The notes under the pieces are model-generated. The model had not been told where the DNA came from. It did not search any database and saw only the letters and a program-made list of their open reading frames with translations. From contig DBRV01000003.1 of assembly GCA_002306385.1 (NCBI GenBank), positions 861 to 64,860 of the forward strand: 64,000 bases of DNA, in the 5' to 3' direction. The stretch comes from Candidatus Falkowbacteria bacterium UBA1359. GTDB taxonomy: Bacteria; Patescibacteriota; Patescibacteriia; Patescibacteriales; Patescibacteriaceae. The translations under genes and the position numbers were made by a program. This document shows positions 61,256-64,000 of this stretch, in pieces; the stretch's first letter is position 1, and each line of letters opens with the position of its first letter.

Positions 61256-62716
61256 ATGGGAAAAATATTAAAGATAGCTAGTATCGCTTCAGAAGTAGCG
61301 CCCTTCAGCAAGACTGGGGGGTTAGCTGATGTGGCTCGCAGTTTACCTAAGGCTCTTTGTCGTTTAGGCCATGAAGTGATAGTTATTACCCCATTATATA
61401 ACCAAATTATAGACAAGAGTACTCATAAACTTAAAGAGATTTATCATGATGTTCTCTTAAATGTTGGTGGTCAGACAGTGAAGGTTAATTATTGGCAAGG
61501 TTATTTAATGGAGGGTTTGCCAGTTTATTTTGTAGAGCAATTAGAGTATTTTGGTTCAAGTCCTAAAATTTATGGTCTTCCTAATGACAATGCTCGTTTT
61601 TACCTTTTTGATGTTGCTAGTTTACGATTATTAGAGCTGATACAATTTCAGCCCGATATTATTCATTGTCATGATTGGCAGACTGGACTTATCCCTCAAT
61701 TATTGAATACTCAGTTTAAAAATTCACCGGCTCTACGTGGAGCGCGGACAGTGTTTACTATCCACAATCTAATTTTTCAGTTTGGCCATAATTGGTGGGA
61801 GACACCATTTGAAAAAAAGGATTTTGGTACTAAAAAACTACCGGCCCTTAATGATCCAGACCTAGAATATATTAATTTTGTAAAACGGGGTATTATGAAT
61901 GCCGATGTTATTAATACAGTGAGTGAACAATATCGGGAAGAGATTATGACCCGGCATTTTGGCCAAAACTTACACCGCATCCTGCGTAATCGTGCTGACC
62001 GTCTTTTTGGAATTATTAATGGGATTGATTATTTTGATTATAATCCAGCTAGTGATAAAAGTCTGCCTAAGCAATATGATTGGCATACAGCCAGTGAAGG
62101 TAAGGCCACTAACAAGTTAGTTTTACAGGAAAAATTAGGATTGCAGGTAAGTAAAGAGACGCCCTTATTTTGTGCAACTTCCCGCATAACCTTTCAGAAA
62201 GGTTTTAGTCTTATTATGGGTATTATGGACTGGCTATTAAAACAAGAACTTCAACTGATCATTTTAGGTGATGGCGATGCTTATTATGTTGATAAATTAA
62301 AAGGGTGGCAGAAGCAATACCCCAAACGTTTAGTTTTTCTTCCATATAATGATTATTGGCAATTTGAACAATTAATTTATGCAGGAAGTGATTGTCTTCT
62401 TCTGCCGTCTCATCACGAACCATGTGGTCTTAATCAGTTAATTGCTATGCGTTATGGCTGTGTCCCCATTGTCCGTAATGTTGGTGGCCTTAATGATACA
62501 GTAACCGACTATAATCCTCGGACTAATCATGGTACCGGTTTTGTTTTTAATAATTTTTCTAATATTGCTTTATATACCGCAATTATTCGAGCGATGGAGG
62601 ATTTTCGTCATGAGACTAGCTGGGCCGCGTTGGTGCGGCGTGATATGAAGCGAGCTACTTCTTGGGAAATACCGGCTCGAAAATATGTTAGTTTATATCG
62701 GCGAGCTTTAAAATAG
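61256..62716 (+). CDS. glgA: glycogen/starch synthase (GT5)
   Basis: KIASIASEVAPFSKTGGLADV, HCHDWQTG and EPCGLNQL. Confidence 0.9.
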   Translation: MGKILKIASIASEVAPFSKTGGLADVARSLPKALCRLGHEVIVITPLYNQIIDKSTHKLKEIYHDVLLNVGGQTVKVNYWQGYLMEGLPVYFVEQLEYFGSSPKIYGLPNDNARFYLFDVASLRLLELIQFQPDIIHCHDWQTGLIPQLLNTQFKNSPALRGARTVFTIHNLIFQFGHNWWETPFEKKDFGTKKLPALNDPDLEYINFVKRGIMNADVINTVSEQYREEIMTRHFGQNLHRILRNRADRLFGIINGIDYFDYNPASDKSLPKQYDWHTASEGKATNKLVLQEKLGLQVSKETPLFCATSRITFQKGFSLIMGIMDWLLKQELQLIILGDGDAYYVDKLKGWQKQYPKRLVFLPYNDYWQFEQLIYAGSDCLLLPSHHEPCGLNQLIAMRYGCVPIVRNVGGLNDTVTDYNPRTNHGTGFVFNNFSNIALYTAIIRAMEDFRHETSWAALVRRDMKRATSWEIPARKYVSLYRRALK

Positions 62717-62720
62717 TAAT

Positions 62721-63869
62721 ATGCGCTGGATTAATATTTTACATTTTTATCAGCCTCCACTAAGTAATAGAGACTCAGTTATAGAAGCAGCTAAATTAAG
62801 TTACAAGCGATGGGCTAAGGCTTTATTAAGCCATCCTCAAGCTAAAATAACCCTTAATTTTACTGGTTGTTTACTTGAGCAATTATTAAATCTTGGTGAA
62901 GATGAATTAATTGCTAATTGGCAGAAATTGGTGGGGCGTGGACAGGTAGAACTCTTAGGCTCAGCCTATTGGCATGCTTTACTTCCTAAGATAACTAAAG
63001 AAGAGGCTACTTACCAAGTGGCAGCTCAAGAAAAGATACTGGCTAAACTATTTAGAGTCAGCCGCCCCTCGGGGTTTTTTGCACCCGAGCTCGCTTATTC
63101 TCCCGAACTTTTAGTTTGGTTAGCTGAAAGAGGTTATGGTTATGCAGTGGTTGATGAAATTCATATTGGCGGAACGTTAAATCAGCCAAAGCAATTATTT
63201 TATCAAGATGAGGGATCAGGAATGATGGTGGCGGTTCGACAAAGAGAGTGGTCGAAAAAATATCCACCCGAGGTGTTAATGACTAAAGAAAATTGTCCCG
63301 AGTTATTACTTACAGCAACCGACGGAGAACTTTATGGCTTGCGGCATCTAGATATTCGAGGTAATTTAGAGAAATGTTTAGCTAACGATTCTGTTGAGAC
63401 ATTAACTGTTTCTGAGGCTATGGCTTTAAATCCTCACCCCATTGCTAGTATTGTTGCTGCTTCTTGGGAAAGTTTGCCATCTGAGCTTAAAGCCAAAGAA
63501 CCCTATGCCCTTTGGGATAAGCGGAGTAATAAGATTCAGCAAATATTGTGGTCGCTGGCTGATTTAGCCCAACAGGCGGCTATTCATTTCAAGGGTGATA
63601 GCAATCAAGAATGGGTATTACGACATTTACATCAAGGGCTAGCTAGTTGTGCCTGGTGGTGGGCTAGTAACTGCGATTTTGAGTTGTTTAGTGGCCCGGC
63701 TTGGAATCCAGACGAAATTATTCGGGGAGCTGAGCAATTAACGAGAAGCGTTCGTTCAATTATGAACCCGCGTAGTCGGCCTTGGAAGCTAGAAGCAGAT
63801 AAAATGTTCTGTAAACTCCAGGCCAGAGTCTGGCGAGAGCATTGGCGTAGATGGCCAGAGCTTAAATAA
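62721..63869 (+). CDS. glycoside hydrolase family 57-like protein
   Basis: N-terminal ILHFYQPP (an HQP-type motif), LNFTGCLLEQL, and FFAPELAY. Adjacent to glgA. Confidence 0.5.
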   Translation: MRWINILHFYQPPLSNRDSVIEAAKLSYKRWAKALLSHPQAKITLNFTGCLLEQLLNLGEDELIANWQKLVGRGQVELLGSAYWHALLPKITKEEATYQVAAQEKILAKLFRVSRPSGFFAPELAYSPELLVWLAERGYGYAVVDEIHIGGTLNQPKQLFYQDEGSGMMVAVRQREWSKKYPPEVLMTKENCPELLLTATDGELYGLRHLDIRGNLEKCLANDSVETLTVSEAMALNPHPIASIVAASWESLPSELKAKEPYALWDKRSNKIQQILWSLADLAQQAAIHFKGDSNQEWVLRHLHQGLASCAWWWASNCDFELFSGPAWNPDEIIRGAEQLTRSVRSIMNPRSRPWKLEADKMFCKLQARVWREHWRRWPELK

Positions 63870-63875
63870 AGACAT

Positions 63876-64000
63876 ATGGCAACCATAGAAGACATTTTAG
63901 ACCCTCATTGTGTTAGTCAACTTCTTAATAAACATTTGAATAAATCAGATTTTCACTGGTCTAATATTGTAGTGCATGATGTTCAAATCATAAAAGAGAA
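63876..64000 (+). CDS. hypothetical protein, 5' partial (runs off the window)
   Basis: My translation from ATG 63876 reads MATIEDILDPHCVSQLLNKHLNKSDFHWSNIVVHDVQIIKE and stays open to the window end. Confidence 0.4.
   Translation, partial: MATIEDILDPHCVSQLLNKHLNKSDFHWSNIVVHDVQIIKE

Overview
This is a 64-kb chromosomal segment from a low-G+C, gene-dense bacterium. It uses the standard genetic code: TGA, TAA and TAG all terminate, and several gene junctions are ATGA stop/start overlaps.

Core content:
- The replication-origin neighbourhood: dnaN-dnaA, DnaA-box clusters, then divergent rpmH-rnpA-yidD-yidC.
- Housekeeping genes: topA, nusA, holA, infB, rbfA, polA, murD, ftsH, rpsA, rpsT, lgt, ppsA, ruvC, yebC, glgA, a class A PBP and a LysM-M23 peptidase.
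- Two small sugar/glycogen modules.
- Nine tRNAs that I folded by hand.

The gene style points to a CPR/Patescibacteria-like organism. The cues are T4SS-pilin-like arrays, a lamin-tail-domain protein, Lys-rich tails on RNA-binding proteins and almost no Shine-Dalgarno (SD) sequences. This placement is inference only.

Features most worth a second look:
1. A compositionally foreign cassette at 1778-4118, lying between a decayed serine-recombinase remnant at tRNA-Ser and a partial AAA+ ATPase. It encodes a NadM/NadR-type nucleotidyltransferase and two translationally coupled radical-SAM enzymes. One of these is RlmN/Cfr-like but lacks the N-terminal domain and the resolving cysteine.
2. A 1009-aa polypeptide made of two complete GspE/PilB secretion ATPase modules. 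It sits in a tight operon with an unknown polytopic membrane protein, a phosphoesterase and a Wzy_C (PglL/TfpO-like) protein.
3. A tandem array of six TrbC/VirB2-like pilin paralogues whose membrane cores are homogenised and whose exposed N-termini are divergent. No other T4SS genes lie nearby.
4. Isolated G+C-rich, strong-SD genes: a lipoprotein, and a beta-propeller protein carrying a T9SS/FlgD-type C-terminal domain.
5. A genomically encoded tRNA-Ile(UAU).
6. An orphan promoter/terminator pair bracketing about 230 nt with no annotated gene.

All family assignments come from motif recognition by eye. No database search was run.
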